NCBI GenBank assembly: GCA_032718475.1
Contig: JAUCBJ010006322.1
Coordinates: 1-64,000, forward strand
DNA: 64,000 nucleotides
DNA from: Nemertoderma westbladi
Lineage: Eukaryota > Animalia > Xenacoelomorpha
Direction of reading: 5' to 3'
In this document: in pieces, positions 1-11,390 of the stretch
Layout: every line of letters starts with the position of its first letter
How positions within the stretch are numbered: position 1 is the first letter of the stretch
Translations under genes and position numbers: made by a program
The notes under the pieces: model-generated
Told to the model about the DNA's origin: nothing
Databases searched by the model: none
What the model saw: the letters and a program-made list of their open reading frames with translations, nothing else

Positions 1-1075
1 AGTAGAGTCCGCCTACCTGGTACAGTAGAGTCCGTCTACCTGCTTTGTAACAATAACATTCATTACGAACAGTAGAGTCCGCCTACCTGCTTTGTAACAT
101 TAACATTCATGACGAACAGTAGAGTCCACCTACCTGATTTGTAGCAATAATATTCATTACGAACAGTAGAGTCCGCCTACCTGCTTTGTAACAATAACAT
201 TCATTACGAACAGTAGAGTCCGCCTACCTGCTTTGTATCAATAACATTCATTACGAACAGTAGAGTCCGCCTACCTGGTTTGTATCAATAACATTCATTA
301 CGAACAGTAGAGTCCGCCTACCTGCTTTGTAACAATAACATTCATTACGAACAGTAGAGTCCGTCTACCTGATTTGTAACAATAACATTCATTACGAACA
401 GTAGAGTCCGCCTACCTGCTTTGTAACAATAACATTCATTACGAACAGTAGAGTCCGCCTACCTGCTTTGTACTGTAACAATAACATTCATTACGAAAGG
501 TAGAGTCCGCCTACATGGTTTGTAACAATAACATTCATTTCGAACAGTAGAGTCCGCCTACCTGATTTGTAAAAATAACATTCATTACGAACAGTAGAGT
601 CCGCCTACCTGCTTTGTAACAATAACGTTCATTACGAACAGTAGAGTCCGCCTACCTCCTTTGTACTGTAACAATAACATTCATTACGAAAGGTAGAGTC
701 CGCCTACCTGCTTTGTAACAATAACATTAATTACGAACAGTAGAGTCCGCCTACCTGATTTATAAAAATAACATTCATTTCGAACAGTAGAGTCCGCCTA
801 CCTGCTTTGTATCAATAACATTCATGACGAACAGTAGAGTTCGCCTACCTGCTTTGTAACAATAACATTCATTAGGAACAGTGGAGTCGCCTACCTGCTT
901 TGTAACAATAACATTCATTACGAACAGTAGAGTCCGCCTACCTGATTTGTAGCAATAACATTCATTACGAACAGTAGAGTCCGTCTACCTGCTTTGTAAC
1001 AATAACATTAATTACGAACAGTAGAGTCCGCCTACCTGCTTTGTAACAATAACATTCATTACGAACAGTAGAGTC
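1..1075. repeat. 47-bp tandem array (~22 copies in window, continues off the left edge) in the tektin intron
   Basis: Unit AGTAGAGTCCGCCTACCTGCTTTGTAACAATAACATTCATTACGAAC. On the minus strand each unit contains ACAAAGCAG|GTAGGCGG, identical to the tektin exon/intron junction. Confidence 0.97.
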
Positions 1076-1219
1076 CGTATACCTTCTTTGTCCAACTCCG
1101 AGTCCGCCTACCTGCTTTGTCAAACTCCGACTCCGCCTACCTGCTTTGTCCAACTCCGACTCCGCCTACCTGCTTTGTCCAACTCCGACTCCGCCTACCT
1201 GCTTTGTCCAACTCCGACT
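1074..1219. repeat. 29-bp tandem repeat (5 copies) spanning the tektin exon end and splice donor
   Basis: CCGCCTACCTGCTTTGTCCAACTCCGACT x5. The copy at 1191-1219 is the real exon 3' end plus donor. Confidence 0.93.
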
Positions 1220-1439
1220 TCCAATAAGATACATCATGAATCCGCTGGTCCAAACGTTTATTCGTTTCGTTTTGCGTTTTGTCGGTTGTTTTAGAAGTTT
1301 CGTCGCATAAACGATCGGTCTCGGCTCTCAGCCGCTCTGCCGCACTACGTTGCCGTTCGGCGTCGCTGAATTTATTACTGTTTGATTGAACCCATTCTTC
1401 GTTTGTGAATCTCGTAGTTGGCGATATAAGTTGTGTCAT
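1199..1439 (-). CDS. TEKT1: Tektin-1-like, first coding exon (rest of gene lies left of the window)
   Basis: MTQLISPTTRFTNEEWVQSNSNKFSDAERQRSAAERLRAETDRLCDETSKTTDKTQNETNKRLDQRIHDVSYWKSELDK resembles the tektin-1 N-terminus (EW..N, QR...ERL..E, NK.L.QR..V.(F/Y)WK.ELD). ATG at 1439; donor GCAG|GTAGGC after 1199. Confidence 0.88.
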
Positions 1440-1620
1440 TTTATCAGCCAGTGAAATTAGCAACTGATTGCAAACTAATTGATCCTGAATTACCTCGTTC
1501 CTTTATAATAAACACCAAAATGATAGCAGCTATAGTAGTAAATCCCTAAGATTAACAACACGGGCATTAGCTACACCAGTGCTATCCTAATAGCTATAAC
1601 AATTATAGTTCGTTTACAGG

Positions 1621-1633
1621 GTTGCGTGGTAAC
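1621..1633. promoter_or_regulatory. RFX-binding X-box candidate upstream of tektin
   Basis: GTTGCG-T-GGTAAC fits GTNRCN-N(0-3)-RGYAAC and lies ~180 bp upstream of a ciliary gene ATG. Forkhead-like motifs are nearby (GTTTAC ~1612, ATAAACA ~1508). Confidence 0.6.
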
Positions 1634-2393
1634 GCATGGAAATATATTTCAAAATAGCTATTAAGAGGGGGAAATTTGAATATGTTATCATGAATTCCTG
1701 CATTTTGATTTATTGCTCATTGGCTGATATTTATTCACATTCAGTGATTGCTTTCGTACCAGTAGGCCTACAGACAGTTATCCCCCTATCCAAATGGGCC
1801 TATTGCTGCCCTGACTGCTGTCTGTGCTCCCTAACCGCATTTCACATTTGTTACCGATTTGCACTTGGTGCTTGCCGGTTCTCTTATTTTCTTACTTTTT
1901 AAACTCTAGACGATCAGATACAAATAGGCCAAGGCCATTTCAATTAAAACCATACCCAGCCTGTTTTTTACTTGTTTGTGTCAGTGTGTACAGTAGGGGT
2001 AGTACCTTGTGCCCATGTCCTTGTACAGTTGTACCTTGTCCTTGTACAAGGTACCTGGACTTGCAACGGTATGCCTACCGGCTGCAGGGCTGACTAGACC
2101 GCTAGTGCGGTAAAGTTTCAGTTAATTGTACTTCTAAAATTACAAGTAAGACTTGTAAGTTTACGTTTTATTGTGATACTCCTGCTACCCAAACTACCTT
2201 AAACCCAACCTTGAACAGTTACGGGCTACGGAATCCGGAGCTTGAACTGTCGTGATCACTATCTGCCAATCTATTTAGGAAATAGGCAGATCGACAGATA
2301 AATACAGTTTAAATTTACAATATATAGCTCAATCCTCAATATATTCCGGTATTCGGTATTTTTTTTATTTCGCTCATAGTAGCCTATTTCAAC

Positions 2394-2532
2394 ATGGATG
2401 AGATATTATTGGAACCGCTTACCGGTGAAGCGTACGGCAAAGCCCACCAGGTGTTCCTACGCAGTTGTCAGGATGAGAATAAATTTCGTAATATGTACCT
2501 CCACGCTAAACCTTCCTTGGAGTACCTTGTAG
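2394..2532 (+). CDS. Histamine N-methyltransferase-like class I SAM methyltransferase, exon 1 of 4
   Basis: MDEILLEPLTGEAYGKAHQVFLRSC...EYLV; donor G|GTGAGT, phase 1. Joined exons 139+392+129+189 = 849 nt = 282 aa + stop. Confidence 0.8.
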
Positions 2533-4602
2533 GTGAGTCGAGGGTTGGGCCCGATAAAAATGTGTGTTCCCAAATTATTTCATTATTACTTAATGCCGAT
2601 GTTGTTAACAAACGGGTTGTAGGTGTGTGGATCGAGTCAAAACTTCGAAATATCAGCGAAAAACTATTATTATTTTATGCATCTATCAGCCTACTTTGGA
2701 TTCGACGTAAGACGTAGATTACCTCCTACTCAGACCTTATCCGATGTTATCATCAAGATCTTAGCGCTGTACTGCTGTACTGTAGTGAGAGTCTTCAGTT
2801 TGGCAAGTTTAGTGATATGTCTTAGATTCACCAAGAACTGTGGAGTGCTTAGGTGGGATGTTGAGCTGACTCACTGCCACTGGAGTGATGTACTGATGGA
2901 TGGAATGGAGTACGTACCGGACCGGTACCGGTACGTATCCCAGTACTCATGGATGGAATGGAATACGTACCGGTACCAGTACGTATCCCAGTATTCCGGT
3001 TTATGGGTTAATAAATCTCGTAATAAATTACTGAATTGCTGTATCAACTATAATACAGCAATAATGAATAAACCTAGATATAAAGGCGTTGAAGCCTATA
3101 TAGCTAATGTACATGTGTCTGCCGCTGGTACTTACAGCGTGAATCTTAGACATTCGTAATTTACATATATTAATACATAATTTATCAGTTTGAAAATGAA
3201 AAATAATTAGAAGAATCTTTTACGCTCATTAAACAAAGTAATGCCTGTTCACCACCACGGATGATGTTCTACAGTAAATCCTTACACTCTGTGTACCAAG
3301 TTACTGTAATCGATTTTTCGCACCTTCGTAGGCAAAACAACAAAAAATACGCTCCCTCGTGATTCTGATTTAGAATGCAATAATTATCAACAAAATTATT
3401 CCATTCCCCTTCCCTCAACTCAAAACCCCCCTTACCATCAATATCCAATATACCACGGCCTTCCCTAACCAGTCACCTTTCGATCACCTATAAACCCCTC
3501 CAAGTAAACCATACGGCAATATCACCCGGCATCCCTGCTAATAACCACTACCCAATAAGGGAGCTTCCTATGTTAAATGCATGATGCATGATGCTTCCTC
3601 CTTCAATTCAAAATCAGGGAATACTTCTGTATCCAATAAAAACTTAATAATACAAGTTGCAGTAAACGATTAAACATTATTAGATTAGATTAAACAGTCA
3701 ATATCAATTATGCTTTACATGTGTTTAACGGAATACTTGTACAGGAAAGATAACTCCTTTAGCTGGTAATAATTAGGGGTCAACTCCCTGACCACAAGTA
3801 CCTAACTACGACCTTTTTTCAGACATCACTTTAAACTGTGTTTCTATTGAACCCTTTTCATAGTATTTTAGCACCAGAAACGATTCAAATACTGTATTTT
3901 ATGTACTACCTTTCTGTTACAATTATTTGGATTGTATTATTTTTCGAGGCTATACTTTGGATCCTAACGGACCCAAAGCACCCCTCACCCGGATTATCCT
4001 TTTCCCTCTTCCCAGAGGGTTTTCAATGGTGTTACATAGCGTACACTTTTTTTATACTGAAGGAAGATAACATCTAGAGAAAACATAAATCACTGTGTTT
4101 TAGTACTATCTTGAAAGGGTTGTGGATGTCCGTAAATAACAAGTCATTGAAGGACCGTGTACTCAAGTCAGTCTTGTTACCGAGAAACCAAAACAATGAG
4201 GAAAGTGTATTAGCACTTGGAACTATTTTTTGAGATACAAAAAGCCGTTTAGGAGCTTTATCGTACTCAAGGCACGAGAAATCCTTTATTTACCTTGGTT
4301 CCCATTTATTGATCAATCGAAGATGAAAGTCTTGGTTGGGTTCGTTAGGTTGGGTTCGTTAGGTTAGGTTCGCAGAATTTATAGCACTCTTCGCAAACAG
4401 TGCTGGTGCCCCAAACCAGGGCCTCCAGATTGGAAGGCCAGGAATACCAAGTCAACTCTAGACGAAACTGCGGCTGCTTGGTCTAGTGGTGACATTTTAA
4501 TAATTGGTAATAACATAACGATACCAATTACTTACCTTTATGGGACTTCGTGTTAAGTGTAGGAAACATAAGTTTATAATAAGAAATATTACATTTCTCC
4601 AG

Positions 4603-4994
4603 GTAAACCAGTTGATGTGATGAGCATTGGGGCTGGCGATGGGGATTTCGAGAATCACATAGTGAAAGGGATGTCCCTGAATGTAGAAAGTTACTACGGC
4701 CTGGAACCAATCCAATCCTACCGTGAGACATTAGAAGCGACGGCCAAACATTGGGGTGTCAGGTCTATATGGATGGACGGCAGGCCATTTGCATCGGAGT
4801 TTCAGTTACTAACTGAAGCTCGCAAAGATTACGATATTGTGTTCTTCAACCATTCTCTGTATTACATGGACGACCCTATTGAATGTGTCAAACTGGCACT
4901 CTCTTACCTTAAACCCGGAGGTAAAGTGTTTCTCTTCCATACGACAGACAACGGATTGTCTGGGCTGTGGAAATCGTTCTATGGTAAATATAAG
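4603..4994 (+). CDS. HNMT-like methyltransferase, exon 2
   Basis: Acceptor ttctccag. SAM motif I VMSIGAGDG, then LEP, YDIVFFNHSLYY, LKPGGK and LWK. Donor AAG|GTGAGT. Confidence 0.9.
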
Positions 4995-5008
4995 GTGAGT
5001 TGAAATAG

Positions 5009-8000
5009 GTATTGATATCAGGCCCTTAATGGCTGTTTTCAACGCCCTACTTATAGGTTTGTATCGAGTATTGATATCAGGCCCTTAGTGGCTGTTTTCA
5101 ACGCCCTACTTTAGGTTTGTATCGAGTATTGATATCAGGCCCTTAGTGGCTGTTTTCAACGCCCTACTTATAGGTTTGTATCGAGTATTGATATCAGGCC
5201 CTTAGTGGCTGTTTTCAACGCCCTACTTTAGGTTTGTATCGAGTATTGATATCAGGCCCTTAGTGGCTGTTTTCAACGCCCTACTTTTAGGTTTGTATCG
5301 AGTATTGATATCAGGCCCTTAGTGGCTGTTTTCAACGCCCTACTTTAGGTTTGTATCGAGTATTGATATCAGGCCCTTAGTGGCTGTTTTCAACGCCCTA
5401 CTTTTAGGTTTGTATCGAGTATTGATATCAGGCCCTTAATGGCTGTTTTCAACGCCCTACTTATAGGTTTGTATCGAGTATTGATATCAGGCCCTTAGTG
5501 GCTGTTTTCAACGCCCTACTTTAGGTTTGTATCGAGTATTGATATCAGGCCCTTAGTGGCTGTTTTCAACGCCCTACTTTAGGTTTGTATCGAGTATTGA
5601 TATCAGGCCCTTAGTGGCTGTTTTCAACGCCCTACTTATAGGTTTGTATCGAGTATTGATATCAGGCCCTTAGTGGCTGTTTTCAACGCCCTACTTTTAG
5701 GTTTGTATCGAGTATTGATATCAGGCCCTTAGTGGCTGTTTTCAACGCCCTACTTATAGGTTTGTATCGAGTATTGATATCAGGCCCTTAGTGGCTGTTT
5801 TCAACGTCCTACTTTTAGGTTTGTATCGAGTATTGATATCAGGCCCTTAGTGGCTGTTTTCAACGCCCTACTTTAGGTTTGTATCGAGTATTGATATCAG
5901 GCCCTTAGTGGCTGTTTTCAACGCCCTACTTTAGGTTTGTATCGAGTATTGATATCAGGCCCTTAGTGGCTGTTTTCAACGCCCTACTTATAGGTTTGTA
6001 TCGAGTATTGATATCAGGCCCTTAGTGGCTGTTTTCAACGCCCTACTTATAGGTTTGTATCGAGTATTGATATCAGGCCCTTAGTGGCTGTTTTCAACGC
6101 CCTACTTATAGGTTTGTATCGAGTATTGATATCAGGCCCTTAGTGGCTGTTTTCAACGCCCTACTTTAGGTTTGTATCGAGTATTGATATCAGGCCCTTA
6201 GTGGCTGTTTTCAACGCCCTACTTTAGGTTTGTATCGAGTATTGATATCAGGCCCTTAGTGGCTGTTTTCAACGCCCTACTTTAGGTTTGTATCGAGTAT
6301 TGATATCAGGCCCTTAGTGGCTGTTTTCAACGCCCTACTTTAGGTTTGTATCGAGTATTGATATCAGGCCCTTAGTGGCTGTTTTCAACGCCCTACTTTA
6401 GGTTTGTATCGAGTATTGATATCAGGCCCTTAGTGGCTGTTTTCAACGCCCTACTTTAGGTTTGTATCGAGTATTGATATCAGGCCCTTAGTGGCTGTTT
6501 TCAACGCCCTACTTTAGGTTTGTATCGAGTATTGATATCAGGCCCTTAGTGGCTGTTTTCAACGCCCTACTTTAGGTTTGTATCGAGTATTGATATCAGG
6601 CCCTTAGTGGCTGTTTTCAACGCCCTACTTTAGGTTTGTATCGAGTATTGATATCCGGCCCTTAGTGGCTGTTTTCAACGCCCTACTTATAGGTTTGTAT
6701 CGAGTATTGATATCAGGCCCTTAGTGGCTGTTTTCAACGCCCTACTTTAGGTTTGTATCGAGTATTGATATCAGGCCCTTAGTGGCTGTTTTCAACGCCC
6801 TACTTTTAGGTTTGTATCGAGTATTGATATCCGGCCCTTAGTGGCTGTTTTCAACGCCCTACTTATAGGTTTGTATCGAGTATTGATATCAGGCCCTTAG
6901 TGGCTGTTTTCAACGCCCTACTTTAGGTTTGTATCGAGTATTGATATCAGGCCCTTAGTGGCTGTTTTCAACGCCCTACTTTAGGTTTGTATCGAGTATT
7001 GATATCCGGCCCTTAGTGGCTGTTTTCAACGCCCTACTTATAGGTTTGTATCGAGTATTGATATCAGGCCCTTAGTGGCTGTTTTCAACGCCCTACTTTA
7101 GGTTTGTATCGAGTATTGATATCAGGCCCTTAGTGGCTGTTTTCAACGCCCTACTTTTAGGTTTGTATCGAGTATTGATATCAGGCCCTTAGTGGCTGTT
7201 TTCAACGCCCTACTTTAGGTTTGTATCGAGTATTGATATCAGGCCCTTAGTGGCTGTTTTCAACCCCTACTTATAGGTTTGTATCGAGTATTGATATCAG
7301 GCCCTTAGTGGCTGTTTTCAACGCCATACTTATAGGTTTGTATCGAGTATTGATATCAGGCCCTTAGTGGCTGTTTTCAACGCCCTACTTTTAGGTTTGT
7401 ATCGAGTATTGATATCAGGCCCTTAGTGGCTGTTTTCAACGCCCTACTTTAGGTTTGTATCGAGTATTGATATCAGGCCCTTAGTGGCTGTTTTCAACGC
7501 CCTACTTTAGGTTTGTATCGAGTATTGATATCCGGCCCTTAGTGGCTGTTTTCAACGCCCTACTTATAGGTTTGTATCGAGTATTGATATCAGGCCCTTA
7601 GTGGCTGTTTTCAACGCCCTACTTTAGGTTTGTATCGAGTATTGATATCAGGCCCTTAGTGGCTGTTTTCAACGCCCTACTTTTAGGTTTGTATCGAGTA
7701 TTGATATCCGGCCCTTAGTGGCTGTTTTCAACGCCCTACTTATAGGTTTGTATCGAGTATTGATATCAGGCCCTTAGTGGCTGTTTTCAACGCCCTACTT
7801 TAGGTTTGTATCGAGTATTGATATCAGGCCCTTAGTGGCTGTTTTCAACGCCCTACTTTAGGTTTGTATCGAGTATTGATATCCGGCCCTTAGTGGCTGT
7901 TTTCAACGCCCTACTTATAGGTTTGTATCGAGTATTGATATCAGGCCCTTAGTGGCTGTTTTCAACGCCCTACTTTAGGTTTGTATCGAGTATTGATATC

Positions 8001-10111
8001 AGGCCCTTAGTGGCTGTTTTCAACGCCCTACTTTTAGGTTTGTATCGAGTATTGATATCAGGCCCTTAGTGGCTGTTTTCAACGCCCTACTTTAGGTTTA
8101 TATCGAGTATTGATATCAGGCCCTTAGTGGCTGTTTTCAACCCCTACTTATAGGTTTGTATCGAGTATTGATATCAGGCCCTTAGTGGCTGTTTTCAACG
8201 CCATACTTATAGGTTTGTATCGAGTATTGATATCAGGCCCTTAGTGGCTGTTTTCAACGCCCTACTTTTAGGTTTGTATCGAGTATTGATATCAGGCCCT
8301 TAGTGGCTGTTTTCAACGCCCTACTTTAGGTTTGTATCGAGTATTGATATCAGGCCCTTAGTGACTGTTTTCAACGCCCTACTTTTAGGTTTGTATCGAG
8401 TATTGATATCAGGCCCTTAGTGGCTGTTTTCAACGCCCTACTTTAGGTTTGTATCGAGTATTGATATCAGGCCCTTAGTGGCTGTTTTCAACCCCTACTT
8501 ATAGGTTTGTATCGAGTATTGATATCAGGCCCTTAGTGGCTGTTTTCAACGCCCTACTTATAGGTTTGTATCGAGTATTGATATCAGGCCCTTAGTGGCT
8601 GTTTTCAACGCCCTACTTTAGGTTTGTATCGAGTATTGATATCAGGCCCTTAGTGGCTGTTTTCAACGCCCTACTTTTAGGTTTGTATCGAGTATTGATA
8701 TCAGGCCCTTAGTGGCTGTTTTCAACGCCCTACTTTAGGTTTGTATCGAGTATTGATATCAGGCCCTTAGTGGCTGTTTTCAACCCCTACTTATAGGTTT
8801 GTATCGAGTATTGATATCAGGCCCTTAGTGGCTGTTTTCAACGCCCTACTTTAGGTTTGTATCGAGTATTGAATATTGATATCAGGCCCTTAGTGGCTGT
8901 TTTCAACGCCCTACTTTTAGGTTTGTATCGAGTATTGATATCAGGCCCTTAGTGGCTGTTTTCAACGCCCTACTTTAGGTTTGTATCGAGTATTGATATC
9001 AGGCCCTTAGTGGCTGTTTTCAACGCCCTACTTTTAGGTTTGTATCGAGTATTGATATCAGGCCCTTAATGGCTGTTTTCAACGCCCTACTTATAGGTTT
9101 GTATCGAGTATTGATATCAGGCCCTTAGTGGCTGTTTTCAACCCCTACTTATAGGTTTGTATCGAGTATTGATATCAGGCCCTTAGTGGCTGTTTTCAAC
9201 GCCATACTTATAGGTTTGTATCGAGTATTGATATCAGGCCCTTAGTGGCTGTTTTCAACCCCTACTTATAGGTTTGTATCGAGTATTGATATCAGGCCCT
9301 TAGTGCCTGTTTTCAACGCCCTACTTTTAGGTTTGTATCGAGTATTGATATCAGGCCCTTAGTGGCTGTTTTCAACGCCCTACTTTAGGTTTGTATCGAG
9401 TATTGATATCAGGCCCTTAGTGGCTGTTTTCAACGCCCTACTTTTAGGTTTGTATCGAGTATTGATATCAGGCCCTTAGTGGCTGTTTTCAACGCCCTAC
9501 TTTAGGTTTGTATCGAGTATTGATATCAGGCCCTTAGTGGCTGTTTTCAACGCCCTACTTTAGGTTTGTATCGAGTATTGATATCAGGCCCTTAGTGGCT
9601 GTTTTCAACGCCCTACTTTAGGTTTGTATCGAGTATTGATATCAGGCCCTTAGTGGCTGTTTTCAACGCCCTACTTTAGGTTTGTATCGAGTATTGATAT
9701 CAGGCCCTTAGTGGCTGTTTTCAACGCCCTACTTTAGGTTTGTATCGAGTATTGATATCAGGCCCTTAGTGGCTGTTTTCAACCCCTACTTATAGGTTTG
9801 TATCGAGTATTGATATCAGGCCCTTAGTGCCTGTTTTCAACGCCCTACTTTTAGGTTTGTATCGAGTATTGATATCCGGCCCTTAGTGGCTGTTTTCAAC
9901 GCCCTACTTATAGGTTTGTATCAAGTATTGATATCAGGCCCTTAGTGGCTGTTTTCAACCCCTACTTATAGGTTTGTATCGAGTATTGATATCAGGCCCT
10001 TAGTGGCTGTTTTCAACGCCATACTTATAGGTTTGTATCGAGTATTGATATCCGGCCCTTAGTGGCTGTTTTCAACGCCCTACTTTTAGGTTTGTATCGA
10101 GTATTGATATC
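5009..10111. repeat. 58-59-bp tandem array (~87 copies) filling methyltransferase intron 2
   Basis: Unit GTATTGATATCAGGCCCTTAGTGGCTGTTTTCAACGCCCTACTT(T/A)TAGGTTTGTATCGA. The array starts and ends with GTATTGATATC. Confidence 0.98.
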
Positions 10112-10157
10112 TATCTCCATGTTATATATTATATTTATTTATTATCTGTTTGTTTAG

Positions 10158-10286
10158 GTTAAATGGGTCAATGGTGTTCAGTATGGGGGCCACGGGTTGT
10201 CTAGTGAAGATATTTGCCGTCAGTTAGAGGAAGTTGGAATAAAATCTGTTATCAGAAAACGACATTCGGAAAGTGACGTCACTCAG
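10158..10286 (+). CDS. HNMT-like methyltransferase, exon 3
   Basis: tgtttag|VKWVNGVQYGGHGLSSEDICRQLEEVGIKSVIRKRHSESDVTQ|gtac; phase 0/0. Resembles the HNMT ITSDDL...L...DIS segment. Confidence 0.8.
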
Positions 10287-10859
10287 GTACCAAATCGGGA
10301 AAACAATGTGGCCCTAATTAGATTTATTCTTAAATTGTTACTTTTTCGCTCGAATATACAAAATCGTGAGAAAAAGGATAACTTTTTTTCCCTGGGGAAA
10401 CAAGTAACCCAATTTATTTTGTGCCATTATTTCGTTCTATTTTTATTAAAGGTTTGAGCAACAAAAAGTACCAATTTAAGAATAACATTTCGTATTACAA
10501 AAAGTAGCAGATTAGATTTAGATTATCCTAAAATTTTATTTTATTTTCTATATTAAATCTAATATAACCAAACCAGTAAACCTCTTAAAGTAAGTATCTA
10601 CAGTAAAAATTAATTTAAAAAACTAAATATAAACTAATCTGGGCACCAGATCATGGAATATTGTTAAATATTATTCAACCATTTATAGTAAATTTTTTTT
10701 TAATCAGCACCAATTCTTCGATAAATAATCCGATATCATAAAAATAAACACAATATGTTGGGACCTTGTGGTTGTTGTGGTTGTCACAGATCCCATTATT
10801 TATATTACACTATTACTATTAAGTTAATAAAACTTTCTTTTTGGGAAATTTTGTTATAG

Positions 10860-11048
10860 ATTATGGCAGAAGGATGTCACGGTCAAGCTGAGTTGTTGCT
10901 AAGTTTCTATTTAAATTGTAATGTTTCTATGGCAACTGATGACGCTAAACTGATTATGAAGGAGTGTCTTGGTCGGTTTATACGTCGCGGTGACGGCGGT
11001 AAATTATATTTCCAACACGACGATGCGGTCGTTGAAATATATAAATAG
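10860..11048 (+). CDS. HNMT-like methyltransferase, exon 4 (terminal)
   Basis: ttatag|IMAEGCHGQAELLLSFYLNCNV...GKLYFQHDDAVVEIYK then stop TAG. Confidence 0.8.
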   Translation: MMAEGCHGQAELLLSFYLNCNVSMATDDAKLIMKECLGRFIRRGDGGKLYFQHDDAVVEIYK

Positions 11049-11390
11049 TTGTTAGGGACCGTTGATAAGGAAAATATATAGGCTTTTGGTGTTGGTGTAG
11101 ATTTATCATGTAATTATCGTAGATAGACCAGCTGCTAAAAATTAAATTTTTCTTCGAATTACGGAAAAGTTTTATAATTTGAAATTGAGCTTTATCTTAC
11201 CATACACCACAACCATACCACAAGCTTTCCGTCTACCAAAAGGTTTACGGGTATGTTTTCGCAATTTTAGTTTATATTGGTTGGGTAGGCGGTGTTGGTG
11301 GGGAAATAAACCGGGAATTCGGAGCCGCGTTTAGGAAAAACGTAGTGGAACAGTCCAACCGAACAACCAGCGGTGCTACGGGGTAGGGTG

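Noticed and set aside
1464-1493. GT...AG pair in the tektin 5' UTR (minus strand)
   Set aside because: It would be a 30-nt intron, which is unusually short and cannot be supported without transcripts.
2623-3159. 178-aa ORF and other short ORFs in AT-rich introns and intergenic DNA
   Set aside because: No recognisable motifs, partly built from a local duplication, and lying inside an intron of the methyltransferase.
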